A stretch of 64,000 nt of DNA. Origin: an uncultured virus (IMG/VR IMGVR_UViG_3300020414_000984). Taxonomy: Duplodnaviria; Heunggongvirae; Uroviricota; Caudoviricetes; Crassvirales. Positions 1 to 10,108 of this stretch are shown piece after piece (position 1 is the stretch's first letter; every line of letters begins with the position of its first letter). Made by a program: the position numbers and the translations under genes. Where the stretch lies: IMG/VR virus record IMGVR_UViG_3300020414_000984; one strand, 5' to 3'. The notes under the pieces are model-generated. The model worked only from the letters and a program-made list of their open reading frames with translations. It was not told the DNA's origin and ran no database searches.

Positions 1-1
1 A

Positions 2-2206
2 TTAAAAGATTATATAACACCAAGTACTCTTAAAAAATATAACAAAAATAAAAAATGGGAGTATGGTTACAATGATCAACACGATATGGTTGTTATTAGT
101 AAAGACGGTACTATAGGTGAAATATACGAAATACAAAATCTTAAAATAGCTTTGCCACAAGCAAAAGATGTTTACAAATTTAAAAACAATAAATGGAATA
201 AATTTGAGTATCCTAAAGTTTTAAGTAAAATAAAAACAGTATTTGATTTTAAACAATATCCAGAAGATTTTAAAGAAAGATGGTATGATTACATTGATAA
301 AGAGTTTACCCGTAGGGAGGAAGGTTTTTGGTTTTATAACCAAAGCATTCCTACTTACATTAGTGGTACTCATTACATGTACTTGCAGTGGAGTAAAATT
401 GACGTTGGGGCACCAGACTTTAGAGAATCGAATAGATTATTCTTTATTTTCTGGGAAGCTTGTAAGGCAGATCCACGATCCTATGGGATGTGTTACCTTA
501 AGAACAGGCGTTCCGGGTTTTCTTTCATGGCCTCAGGAGAGGTGGTTAACTTGGCAACCATATCAAGTGACAGTAGGTATGGTATATTATCCAAGTCCGG
601 TCCTGATGCAAAGAAGATGTTCACAGATAAGGTGGTACCCATATCAGTTAATTATCCCTTCTTTTTCAAACCGACCCAGGACGGAATGGACCGTCCAAAG
701 ACCGAGCTTGCCTACCGTGTCCCCGCAACCAAGTACACCCGTCGTAAACTTACCGCCCCATCCACCGATGCCGACGAAGCCTTGGAGGAACTCAAGGGGC
801 TTGATACCACCATCGACTGGAAGAACACCGGTGATAACTCCTACGATGGGGAGAAACTCAAACTCCTCGTACATGATGAATCGGGGAAGTGGGAACGTCC
901 GAACAACATCCTCAACAACTGGAGGGTTACGAAAACCACATTAAGGTTAGGTAGTAAAATTATTGGAAAATGCATGATGGGTTCAACAAGTAATTCATCA
1001 GACAAAGGAGGTGATAATTTTAAAAAACTATATAATGATTCAGACGTTACAAAAAGAAACCGCAATGGACAGACTCGCTCAGGATTATATTCTTTGTTCA
1101 TTCCTATGGAATGGAATTTCGAAGGATTCATTGATTCTTATGGAATACCTGTCTTCGACACTCCGAAAAAAGAAGTTAAAGATGTCTACGGATCAATTAT
1201 TGATATTGGAGTTATTAGCCACTGGGAAAATGAAGTTGAAGGTTTAAAAGGCGATCAAGATGCATTAAACGAATTTTATAGACAATTTCCACGTACAGAA
1301 GAGCATGCATTCAGGGATGAAACCAAAAACAGTATATTTAACTTAACAAAAATATACGAGCAAATAGATTATAATGAAGGTATTACAACATCGTCTAATG
1401 TTACAACGGGATCGTTTTCGTGGCAAAACGGAATCAAAGACACAAAAGTCCAGTTTACGCCAAATCCTAACGGAAGGTTTAAAGTCAGCTGGGTTCCGGA
1501 TGTAGAATTACAAAATAGAATAATAATAAAAAATAACAGGAAATATCCTGGCAATGAGCACGTTGGGGCATTTGGTTGTGATAGTTATGATATATCAGGA
1601 ACAACTGATGGTAAAGGCTCTAAGGGTTCATTACATGGTTTAACTAAGTTTACCATGGAAAAAGCACCAGCTAGCCAATTCTTTTTAGAATATATAGCTA
1701 GACCTGATACTGCTGAAATGTTTTTTGAAGATGTATTAATGGCATTAGTGTTTTATGGAATGCCAATACTCGCGGAAAATAATAAACCTAGATTATTATA
1801 TTATTTAAAAAGAAGAGGATATAGAGGCTATTCGATGAATAGACCTGATAGAATATGGAATAAATTATCAGTTGCTGAAAAAGAAGTAGGTGGTATACCA
1901 AATTCAAGTGAAGATATAAGACAAGCTCACGCGGCCGCTATTGAAAGCTATATTAATAGCTATGTAGGTTTAAAGCCAGATAATACATATGGCAATTTAT
2001 ATTTTAATGATACATTAAACGATTGGGCTAAGTTTGATATAAGTAATAGAACAAAATTTGATGCCGCTATTAGCTCAGGGTTAGCAATTATGGCATGTAA
2101 TAAGCATTTATATGCGCCACAACAAATAAGACAAATAAGTAATAAAGTAAATTTTAGTTTTGCCAAATACAATAATAAAGGCAATATTTCAAAAATAATA
2201 AACTAG
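2..2206 (+). CDS. terL: Terminase large subunit (5'-truncated; frame open from window start, first ATG at 86)
   Basis: Walker A-like KNRRSGFS, Walker B LLVHDESGK, coupling motif MGSTSN, nuclease GCDSYD and C-terminal FDAAISSG; lies directly before the portal gene. Confidence 0.92.
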   Translation, partial: LKDYITPSTLKKYNKNKKWEYGYNDQHDMVVISKDGTIGEIYEIQNLKIALPQAKDVYKFKNNKWNKFEYPKVLSKIKTVFDFKQYPEDFKERWYDYIDKEFTRREEGFWFYNQSIPTYISGTHYMYLQWSKIDVGAPDFRESNRLFFIFWEACKADPRSYGMCYLKNRRSGFSFMASGEVVNLATISSDSRYGILSKSGPDAKKMFTDKVVPISVNYPFFFKPTQDGMDRPKTELAYRVPATKYTRRKLTAPSTDADEALEELKGLDTTIDWKNTGDNSYDGEKLKLLVHDESGKWERPNNILNNWRVTKTTLRLGSKIIGKCMMGSTSNSSDKGGDNFKKLYNDSDVTKRNRNGQTRSGLYSLFIPMEWNFEGFIDSYGIPVFDTPKKEVKDVYGSIIDIGVISHWENEVEGLKGDQDALNEFYRQFPRTEEHAFRDETKNSIFNLTKIYEQIDYNEGITTSSNVTTGSFSWQNGIKDTKVQFTPNPNGRFKVSWVPDVELQNRIIIKNNRKYPGNEHVGAFGCDSYDISGTTDGKGSKGSLHGLTKFTMEKAPASQFFLEYIARPDTAEMFFEDVLMALVFYGMPILAENNKPRLLYYLKRRGYRGYSMNRPDRIWNKLSVAEKEVGGIPNSSEDIRQAHAAAIESYINSYVGLKPDNTYGNLYFNDTLNDWAKFDISNRTKFDAAISSGLAIMACNKHLYAPQQIRQISNKVNFSFAKYNNKGNISKIIN

Positions 2207-4627
2207 ATGGCTAAGATAACAACAAAAAGTAATTTTCCAAGTCAAGCCGTAACTGACATTGAGAAAGCTGATATAAGCTATGGTTTGCAAGTTGCAAAAG
2301 CTATTGAAGCTGAATGGTTTAAAAAAGACTCAGGAAGTACACGTTATTTTGCAAATAGAGACAATTTCCATAGATTAAGACTATATGCAAGAGGAGAGCA
2401 AAGTATACAAAAATATAAAAATGAATTATCTATTAATGGTGATTTATCTTATCTTAATTTAGATTGGAAGCCTGTGCCTATTATACCTAAGTTTGTAGAT
2501 ATAGTAGTTAACGGAATACAGGAAAGAACATATGATTTAAAAGCATATTCAATTGACGAAAGCGCAAGTAAAGCAAGAACTAAGTTTGTTAATGACATGC
2601 TTAATGATATGTATGCTAAAGAATATGCTAATAAGCTAGAAAAAGCAATAGGTGTAAATACATTTACAAATGATCCTACAAGTATACCAGAAGATGAAGA
2701 TGAGTTAAATCTTCATATGCAATTAAATTATAAACAATCAATTGAGGTAGCACAAGAACAGGCAATAAATAATGTATTTGCTTTAAACAAATATGATTTA
2801 TTAAAGAAAAGGCTTGATTATGACATAACCGTATTAGGTATGGCATGTGTTAAAAATAGTTTTAATACAGCAGAAGGTATTAAATTAGAATATGTAGATC
2901 CTGCTGATTTAGTTTATTCATATACTGAATCACCGTATTTTGATGATATATATTATGTAGGTGAAGTTAGAAGAGTTAATATTTCAGAACTTAAAAAACA
3001 ATTTCCATATTTAACCAATGAGGATATTGAAAAGTTACAAAACAACGGCGCTGCAAATACTAAACTATATAATAAAACATATACTACATCAGATGCTGAA
3101 GATAAAAATTATGTTTATATATTATATTTTGAATATAAAACTTTTGAAAATCAAGTATATAAAATAAAACAAACAGCAACTGGTTCTGAAAAAGCAATAG
3201 TTAAAACAGATGAGTTTAACCCGCCTAAAGACGCAAGATCAAGATTTGAAAAAGTAAATAGATCAATAGAGTGTTTATATTGTGGTGCTAAAATTGTAGG
3301 TCAAGAAAAAATACTTAAATGGGGTAAAGCAGTAAATATGACAAGACCAAAGTCAGATATTACTAAAGTACAAATGAGTTATTCAATTGTAGCTCCAAGA
3401 ATATATAAAGGTAAGCCAGAATCATTAGTAGGTAGAATGACATCATTTGCTGATATGATTCAAATAACACATCTTAAATTACAACAAGTACTTTCAAGAA
3501 TGGTGCCAGATGGTGTATATCTTGATGCTGACGGGTTAGCTGAAGTTGATTTAGGTAACGGAACAAATTATAATCCACAAGAAGCATTGAACATGTATTT
3601 CCAAACTGGTTCTGTTATTGGTAGATCTATGACGCAAGATGGTGATTTCAATGGTGGTAAAATACCTATTCAAGAATTACGAGCAGGCGGTGGTAATGCA
3701 AAAATAGCAAGCTTGATACAATCTTATAATTATTATTTGCAAATGATGAGAGATGTAACAGGTTTAAATGAAGCAAGAGATGGTAGTACACCAGATAAAA
3801 ATGCTTTAGTTGGTATACAAAAAATTGCAGCTGCAAATAGTAATACGGCTACAAGACATATATTACAAGGTGGTTTATATTTAACATTGAAAACCGCAGA
3901 AGCAGTATCATTAAGAATAGCAGACGTATTAGAATATTCAAATACAAAACAATCATTTATACAATCACTAGGTAAATTTGATATGGCCACATTATCAGAA
4001 ATAAATAGTTTACATATACATGATTTTGGTATATTCTTAGAATTATCACCTGATATAGAAGAAAAACAATTACTTGAAAATAATATTCAAATGGCTATTT
4101 CACAAAAACAAATAGAATTAGAGGATGTTATTGACGTAAGAGAAATCAAAAATCTTAAATTAGCTAATCAATTATTAAAGCTAAGAAGAAAAAAGAAATT
4201 TGAAAGAGATAGACAATTGCAAATGCAAAATATTCAAGCGCAATCACAAGCGAATGCTCAATCAGCACAAGCGGCAGCGGCAGCGGATATGCAAAAACAA
4301 CAAGGTGTTGCTGATAGCAAAGTTAAAATTGCACAAGCACAAACACAGTTTGATATTCAAAAATTAGAAAGAGAAGCCGCAATTAAGAAAGAATTGATGG
4401 AATTTGAATTTCAATTGAATATGCAGCTTAAAGAAGCTGAAGCAGATGTAATTAAAAATAAAGAGAAGTATAAAGAAGATCGCAAAGATGAGCGAACAAA
4501 AATACAAGCTACTCAACAGAGTGAGCTTATAGACCAGAGAAAATCTGGTACGCCACCAAAAGATTTTGAATCTGCTGGATTTGATAACTTAGGTGGGTTT
4601 GGTTTAGAGCAATTTGAACCAAGATAA
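2207..4627 (+). CDS. Portal protein
   Basis: 806 aa after terL; W.PVPIIPKFVDIV and VTGLNEARDG motifs typical of podovirus portals; Q/A-rich coiled-coil barrel at C-terminus. Confidence 0.88.
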   Translation: MAKITTKSNFPSQAVTDIEKADISYGLQVAKAIEAEWFKKDSGSTRYFANRDNFHRLRLYARGEQSIQKYKNELSINGDLSYLNLDWKPVPIIPKFVDIVVNGIQERTYDLKAYSIDESASKARTKFVNDMLNDMYAKEYANKLEKAIGVNTFTNDPTSIPEDEDELNLHMQLNYKQSIEVAQEQAINNVFALNKYDLLKKRLDYDITVLGMACVKNSFNTAEGIKLEYVDPADLVYSYTESPYFDDIYYVGEVRRVNISELKKQFPYLTNEDIEKLQNNGAANTKLYNKTYTTSDAEDKNYVYILYFEYKTFENQVYKIKQTATGSEKAIVKTDEFNPPKDARSRFEKVNRSIECLYCGAKIVGQEKILKWGKAVNMTRPKSDITKVQMSYSIVAPRIYKGKPESLVGRMTSFADMIQITHLKLQQVLSRMVPDGVYLDADGLAEVDLGNGTNYNPQEALNMYFQTGSVIGRSMTQDGDFNGGKIPIQELRAGGGNAKIASLIQSYNYYLQMMRDVTGLNEARDGSTPDKNALVGIQKIAAANSNTATRHILQGGLYLTLKTAEAVSLRIADVLEYSNTKQSFIQSLGKFDMATLSEINSLHIHDFGIFLELSPDIEEKQLLENNIQMAISQKQIELEDVIDVREIKNLKLANQLLKLRRKKKFERDRQLQMQNIQAQSQANAQSAQAAAAADMQKQQGVADSKVKIAQAQTQFDIQKLEREAAIKKELMEFEFQLNMQLKEAEADVIKNKEKYKEDRKDERTKIQATQQSELIDQRKSGTPPKDFESAGFDNLGGFGLEQFEPR

Positions 4628-4656
4628 ATTTTTTAATAATTATATAATATTTTATT

Positions 4657-5889
4657 ATGGCAGAAGAAATTAAAGTACAAGCTGTAGAAGCGGATGAACC
4701 CAAATCTATAGCCCAAGAAGAACAAGAGGTGTTAGAAAAAGCCGGCGTTACCGTAGAAGATGACGGTATGTACAAGATTGATCTAACAAAGTTTAACGAA
4801 AATCCACAAGAAGATGCCGTTCAAGAACAAGAAACAGAAGATAGCGTGTCTAGCGGAAGCAGCGAGGTTGAAGAAACTGGGCAAGAAGCCGAAGTGGGAC
4901 TGCAAGAAGTACGAGAAGAAGAAATCCCGATAATAGAGGAGGTTACAGATGAAGCAGATACAGTTAACGATACAGGAGTGGAAGGAAGCGATGAAGCTGC
5001 CGAGCCCGCACCGAAACAAGAAGAAATACTACAGGAAGAAAAAGCACAAGAACCAGAAATAAACTTGCCTGAAAATATACAGGAATTAGTTAAATTTATG
5101 GAAGAAACTGGCGGAACTATAGATGATTACGCTAGATTAAATGCAGATTATTCTAATGTAGATGATGATACTCTATTAGTTGAGTATTATAAACAAACTA
5201 AGCCGCATCTTTCATACGAAGAAATTCAATTTTTAATGGAAGATAAATTTTCAGTAGATGAGGATTTAGACGATGAAAGAAACGTGCGTAGAAAAAAATT
5301 AGCTCTAAAGGAGGAGGTTGCAAATGCTAAAAACTTTTTGACAGGGTTGAAGGATAAGTATTACAAAGAAGTCAAGTTGGGTTCTAAGTTACTACCGGAA
5401 CAGCAAAAAGCTATAGAATTTTTCAGCCGCTATAATGAGGAGCAAAAATCAGCTAGTGAATTATTGGCGAAGCAAACATCGCATTTTAAAAATGAAACTG
5501 ACAAAGTATTTAACAATGAATTTAAAGGTTTTAACTTCAATGTTGGAGACAAAAAATATCGTTTCAATATTAAAGATGTTAATAAGGCGAAAGAAAATAG
5601 TAATTTATCAAATGTTTTTGATAAATATGTTGACAAAAATCAAATGATGGTTAACGCTAAAGACTTTCACAAATCCTTGTTTGCCGCTTCAAATCCAGAT
5701 GCTTTAGCAAAACATTTTTATGAGCAAGGTAAATCCGATGCAATAAAAGAAATGTCGGCAAGCGCTAAGAATATTAATATGGACCCAAGAAAAACATCTG
5801 ACGGTTATGTTGATACTGGTGGTGTTAAAGTTAAAGCAATTAGTGGAGATAATAGTTCAGGGTTGAAATTGAAACTTAAAAACTATTAA
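4657..5889 (+). CDS. Probable capsid scaffolding protein
   Basis: Very acidic N-terminal half and helical C-terminal half; lies between portal and capsid genes. Confidence 0.7.
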   Translation: MAEEIKVQAVEADEPKSIAQEEQEVLEKAGVTVEDDGMYKIDLTKFNENPQEDAVQEQETEDSVSSGSSEVEETGQEAEVGLQEVREEEIPIIEEVTDEADTVNDTGVEGSDEAAEPAPKQEEILQEEKAQEPEINLPENIQELVKFMEETGGTIDDYARLNADYSNVDDDTLLVEYYKQTKPHLSYEEIQFLMEDKFSVDEDLDDERNVRRKKLALKEEVANAKNFLTGLKDKYYKEVKLGSKLLPEQQKAIEFFSRYNEEQKSASELLAKQTSHFKNETDKVFNNEFKGFNFNVGDKKYRFNIKDVNKAKENSNLSNVFDKYVDKNQMMVNAKDFHKSLFAASNPDALAKHFYEQGKSDAIKEMSASAKNINMDPRKTSDGYVDTGGVKVKAISGDNSSGLKLKLKNY

Positions 5890-5911
5890 TTAAACTTAAA
5901 AATTATTTAAA

Positions 5912-7333
5912 ATGGCAGATGCAAGTTTTTCGTTGCCTAGTGAATTTACCCCTTATGCGAGTAAAGTTGCTACAACGAGTAATTATTTAAATTTCCACGG
6001 TAGTGGTGGGGCTAACTGGTCTCAGCAGTATTTACCAGAGTTATATGCTCAGGAAGTGGAAAGATACGGGAATAGAAGTGTTTCTTCTTTCCTAAGAATG
6101 GTAGGTGCTGAAATGCCTATGGCTTCAGATCAAGTAGTTTGGTCAGAGCAGGGTAGATTACACTTAGCTTATGAAGGAGCTTCAGTTACTAATGCAGGAG
6201 TTATTACAATTGCAAGTAGCGGAACTCACGCAGTAAGAGTTGGACAAACTATTGTTTTATCTGATAATCAAGCTGCACCAACAATTATTAAATGTTATGT
6301 TTCAGCAGTAGCTGCAGACAACACTACTTTAACTGTAATTCCTTATTCAGGAGGTGCAACAGTAGGTGCTGTTTCTGGTTTTGATACTGCAGCTGACAAT
6401 GGTTCTAATACATGTTCATTCTTCGTTTATGGGTCTGAATTTGTAAAAGGAGACGCTGCTATGGTAGGTGCTGTTACTCCAGAATTCCAATCATTTACTA
6501 ACAAACCAATTATTTTAAAAGATAAATTTGAAATCTTTGGTTCTGATACTGCTCAAATTGGTTGGGTAGAAGTAAGTGGTGAAGCTGGACAAGCAGGTTA
6601 CTTATGGTATCTAAAAGCTGAAGGTGACACAAGAGTAAGATTCGAAGATTATTTAGAAATGGCTATGGTTGAAGCAGAGAAATCTGTATCAGCTGGTGGT
6701 ACTGATTCAATCTTAGGAGCTAACTCAGGAACTGAAGGTTTATTTAAAGCTGTTGAGTCTAGAGGTATTGTTGCTACAAATGCATTTGATGCTGTAAATG
6801 ACGTTATTTCTGACTTTGACTTAATCTTAAAGGAATTAGATAAGCAAGGATCTATTGAAGAAAATATGTTATTCTTAAATAGAGACGCTAACTTAAAAAT
6901 GGATGACGCTCTAGCTAATATTTCTGCTGGATCTGCAGGTGGTACTGCTTTTGGTGTTTTTGAAAACTCAGAAGATATGGCCCTTAACCTTGGATTTAGA
7001 GGATTTAGAAGAGGATCATACGATTTCTATAAGACTGACTGGAAATATTTAAATAACAAATCTACAAGAGGATTATTCTCGGACATCAAAGGTATTATGG
7101 TGCCAGCTGGAACATCGTCTGTTTATGACCAAATTATGGGTAAAAACATTAGAAGACCTTTCTTACACGTAAGATATAGAGCTTCTGAGGCGGATGACAG
7201 AAGAATGAAATCTTGGATTACAGGTTCAGTAGGTGGAGCTGCTACAACAGGTGATGATAAAATGGAAGTACATTATTTATCAGAAAGATGTTTAGTAACT
7301 CAAGCTGCTAATAACTTTGTGTTATTTAAGTAA
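5912..7333 (+). CDS. Major capsid protein
   Basis: 473 aa after the scaffold; high-expression codon bias (GCT/GGT/TTC/AAC); GTEGLF motif; strong terminator follows. Confidence 0.85.
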   Translation: MADASFSLPSEFTPYASKVATTSNYLNFHGSGGANWSQQYLPELYAQEVERYGNRSVSSFLRMVGAEMPMASDQVVWSEQGRLHLAYEGASVTNAGVITIASSGTHAVRVGQTIVLSDNQAAPTIIKCYVSAVAADNTTLTVIPYSGGATVGAVSGFDTAADNGSNTCSFFVYGSEFVKGDAAMVGAVTPEFQSFTNKPIILKDKFEIFGSDTAQIGWVEVSGEAGQAGYLWYLKAEGDTRVRFEDYLEMAMVEAEKSVSAGGTDSILGANSGTEGLFKAVESRGIVATNAFDAVNDVISDFDLILKELDKQGSIEENMLFLNRDANLKMDDALANISAGSAGGTAFGVFENSEDMALNLGFRGFRRGSYDFYKTDWKYLNNKSTRGLFSDIKGIMVPAGTSSVYDQIMGKNIRRPFLHVRYRASEADDRRMKSWITGSVGGAATTGDDKMEVHYLSERCLVTQAANNFVLFK

Positions 7334-7341
7334 CATTTATT

Positions 7342-7380
7342 AAAGGTAACGGGTGCTTCGGCACCCAGTGCCTTTTGTTT
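7342..7380 (+). terminator. Intrinsic terminator after the capsid gene
   Basis: GGGTGC-TTCG-GCACCC hairpin, extended by aaagg/ccttt and followed by a T-rich tract. Confidence 0.85.
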
Positions 7381-7400
7381 AATTTTTATTATATTATATC

Positions 7401-8198
7401 ATGACAAAAAAGAAAATAGCAGAGGTGGCTGTTGAAGAACCAGTAGTGGTTGCTCCACCAAAAAAAGAAATAAAACCTAAATGGGAATATAAAGATAGAC
7501 AATATTATTTATTAGGAGATAATTCACCAATAGTATATATTCTTAAATCAAGAAACATTATGTGGTTTGATAAAGAATTAGGTTATGAAAGAGAAATAAA
7601 GCATACAGCAAACCAAAAAACACCTTTTGTAGATGAATTTAAAGGTGAAGCAAGACTCGAACATATTATATTTAGAGATGGCGTGTTGTTTGTGCCTAAA
7701 GAAAAAGTTGTATTACAACAAATATTATCATTATATCACCCACATTTAAATCATACATATGCTGAAACAAATGAAGAAGCAGCGGCTGAGAATGATTTAA
7801 ATTATATGGAACTAGAATTTGACGCTATTCAAGCAGCTATGGCAATGGATATTGATCATGCTGAAGCAATAGTTAGAACAGATGCTGGTTCTAAGGTATC
7901 TAAAATGAGCTCTAAAGAAATTAAAAGAGATTTATTTATAATGGCTAGGACTAATCCAGAATTATTCTTAGAATTAGCAAATGATGAAAATATTAATATT
8001 AGAAATATAGGTATTAAAGCCGTAGAAAGAGGCATAATAGTATTATCTAGTGATAATAGAACTTTTAAATGGGCTAAAAATGATAGAAAACTATTAACAG
8101 TACCGTTTGATGAAAACCCATACTCAGCATTGGCTGCATGGTTTAGAACAGACGAAGGTATTGAAGTTTTCCAAGTAGTAGAGAAAAAACTTAAATAA
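7401..8198 (+). CDS. Hypothetical protein (post-capsid gene)
   Basis: 265-aa ORF in the structural operon with a good start context. Confidence 0.7.
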   Translation: MTKKKIAEVAVEEPVVVAPPKKEIKPKWEYKDRQYYLLGDNSPIVYILKSRNIMWFDKELGYEREIKHTANQKTPFVDEFKGEARLEHIIFRDGVLFVPKEKVVLQQILSLYHPHLNHTYAETNEEAAAENDLNYMELEFDAIQAAMAMDIDHAEAIVRTDAGSKVSKMSSKEIKRDLFIMARTNPELFLELANDENINIRNIGIKAVERGIIVLSSDNRTFKWAKNDRKLLTVPFDENPYSALAAWFRTDEGIEVFQVVEKKLK

Positions 8199-8204
8199 GT
8201 TGTT

Positions 8205-8243
8205 TATAGTGGTTAGGCCGCTATATGCGGCTTAATCATTATA
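8205..8243 (+). terminator. Stem-loop (terminator or processing site)
   Basis: Intergenic inverted repeat tatagtggttaggccgc-tatat-gcggcttaatcattata. Confidence 0.55.
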
Positions 8244-8256
8244 TAAAAAAAATATT

Positions 8257-8997
8257 ATGGCAATATCAGTTGATAACGTATATAAAACAGTATTATCAAT
8301 ATTAAATAAAGAAGGAAGAGGTTATATTACGCCTGAAGAATTTAATAAAATTGGGTCACAAGTTCAGCTTGATATACTAGATCAAAATTTTCATGATTAC
8401 AATCGTGCAGTTGTAAAACATACAAGAGGTGCGGGTGTTAATGGATATGGAAATATACCTGAAAGAATAGAACAAAAAATTGACCCTTTTTATGCATTTG
8501 CTGATATTACATTAAGTAGTGGCGTTGGTACTTTACCAACTGACCTATATAGAACAATATCAATTAGTATATCTAATAAAACATTAGAGTTAGAAAAAGT
8601 TGATAAAAAAACATTATCTTACCTATTATCTTCCCCTTTAACAAAACCAACAACATCATTTCCTGTATATTATCAGAGAGCAACAGATATTATTGTTGAA
8701 CCCGCCTTAACTGACGGAAGTTGGACATTAGGTAATTTAAAACTTGAATATATTAAAACTCCAGCAGATGTTGTATGGGCATACACATCATCTGGTATAG
8801 GTGTATTAACATATGCAACAGGCACTGGAGCAAGTGTAACACCCTCAACTGGATATGTAGACTTTACATTACACGAATCTGATAGAGTACAATTAGTACT
8901 TGGTATATTAAAATATGCTGGTTTAGTAATAGAGGACCCAATGGTTATACAAGGGGCATCACAAGAAGAAGCAAAAAAAATACAATTAGAAAATTAA
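8257..8997 (+). CDS. Head-tail adaptor / tail ring protein
   Basis: ILNKEGRGYITPEEFN N-terminus, LPTD and EYIKTP motifs typical of podovirus ring proteins; position. Confidence 0.65.
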   Translation: MAISVDNVYKTVLSILNKEGRGYITPEEFNKIGSQVQLDILDQNFHDYNRAVVKHTRGAGVNGYGNIPERIEQKIDPFYAFADITLSSGVGTLPTDLYRTISISISNKTLELEKVDKKTLSYLLSSPLTKPTTSFPVYYQRATDIIVEPALTDGSWTLGNLKLEYIKTPADVVWAYTSSGIGVLTYATGTGASVTPSTGYVDFTLHESDRVQLVLGILKYAGLVIEDPMVIQGASQEEAKKIQLEN

Positions 8998-9002
8998 AAT
9001 AA

Positions 9003-10106
9003 ATGGGATTTATAACGCAAACACATTATCAATATTATAATAATAGTCAAAAATTTACGGCTACAGCAGGGCAGACGGTGTTTACATTAACATTAGATCC
9101 CTTGCCTACAGCTGAGGCTAATTTTATAATATATATAGACAATTTAGAAATTGACGACAACTTATACACATATAATGCAGGAAATGGACAAATTACTTTT
9201 TCATCTGGAAGAACAGCTGGTGAAGTTTTAATTGTTGAATTAGTCACACAAAGAACAGGTAATTACAGATATATATCTTTGCAAAATATAGTTAATAATT
9301 ATATGATGGGCTATGTTGGAGATGGTAAATTAATACCAACAGCAAAAAGAACAGATGTATTATTTCATGCTAAAAGAGGTATACAAGAATTTAGTTATGA
9401 TGTAACTAGAGTTGAAAAAATACAAGAAGTAGAAATAAACAGCAGCTTATCAGTACCTATGCCGCAAGACTATGTTAACTACGTGCAATTATCTATTGTT
9501 GATGATGGTGGTATTGAACATATAATACACCCAGCAAGATATACATCAGTTCCATCACAATCTATATTACAAACTGCAACTGGTGAATATTTATATGATG
9601 ATGACGATAGTTTACTAACTGCACATAAATCTGTTACACAAGATAGATTTTCAAAGCTTGACGTAAATGATTTAACTGGTGCTTATTCAAATGAAGATAT
9701 TGAGTATGATTCTTCAAGAGCTGGCGAAAGAATTGCTGAATTTGGTAAACGATATGGTTTAGACCCCCAGTTTGCGCAAAAAAATGGTGTATTTGCGATA
9801 GATGAACTTAAAGGTAAATTTACATTTAGCAGTAATTTAGTAAATAAAATAATTACTATAAAATATATATCAGATGGTATGGGCACAGATGCTGAAATGC
9901 AGGTACATAAACTAGCTGAAGATGCAATATACAAATATATAACTTATGCAATAGCTAGTGGAAGACAAGCTTTCCCAGAATATATTATAAACAGATTTAG
10001 AAAAGAAAGAAGAGCGGCAATGAGAAATGCAAAGCTTAGATTATCAAATATAAAATTAGGTGAGCTTACACAAGTAATGAGAGGTAAATCTAAAAGAATA
10101 AAATAA
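9003..10106 (+). CDS. Tail ring/tubular protein with N-terminal beta-sandwich
   Basis: MPQDYVNYV and KYISDG motifs; position before the muzzle gene. Confidence 0.6.
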   Translation: MGFITQTHYQYYNNSQKFTATAGQTVFTLTLDPLPTAEANFIIYIDNLEIDDNLYTYNAGNGQITFSSGRTAGEVLIVELVTQRTGNYRYISLQNIVNNYMMGYVGDGKLIPTAKRTDVLFHAKRGIQEFSYDVTRVEKIQEVEINSSLSVPMPQDYVNYVQLSIVDDGGIEHIIHPARYTSVPSQSILQTATGEYLYDDDDSLLTAHKSVTQDRFSKLDVNDLTGAYSNEDIEYDSSRAGERIAEFGKRYGLDPQFAQKNGVFAIDELKGKFTFSSNLVNKIITIKYISDGMGTDAEMQVHKLAEDAIYKYITYAIASGRQAFPEYIINRFRKERRAAMRNAKLRLSNIKLGELTQVMRGKSKRIK

Positions 10107-10108
10107 AT

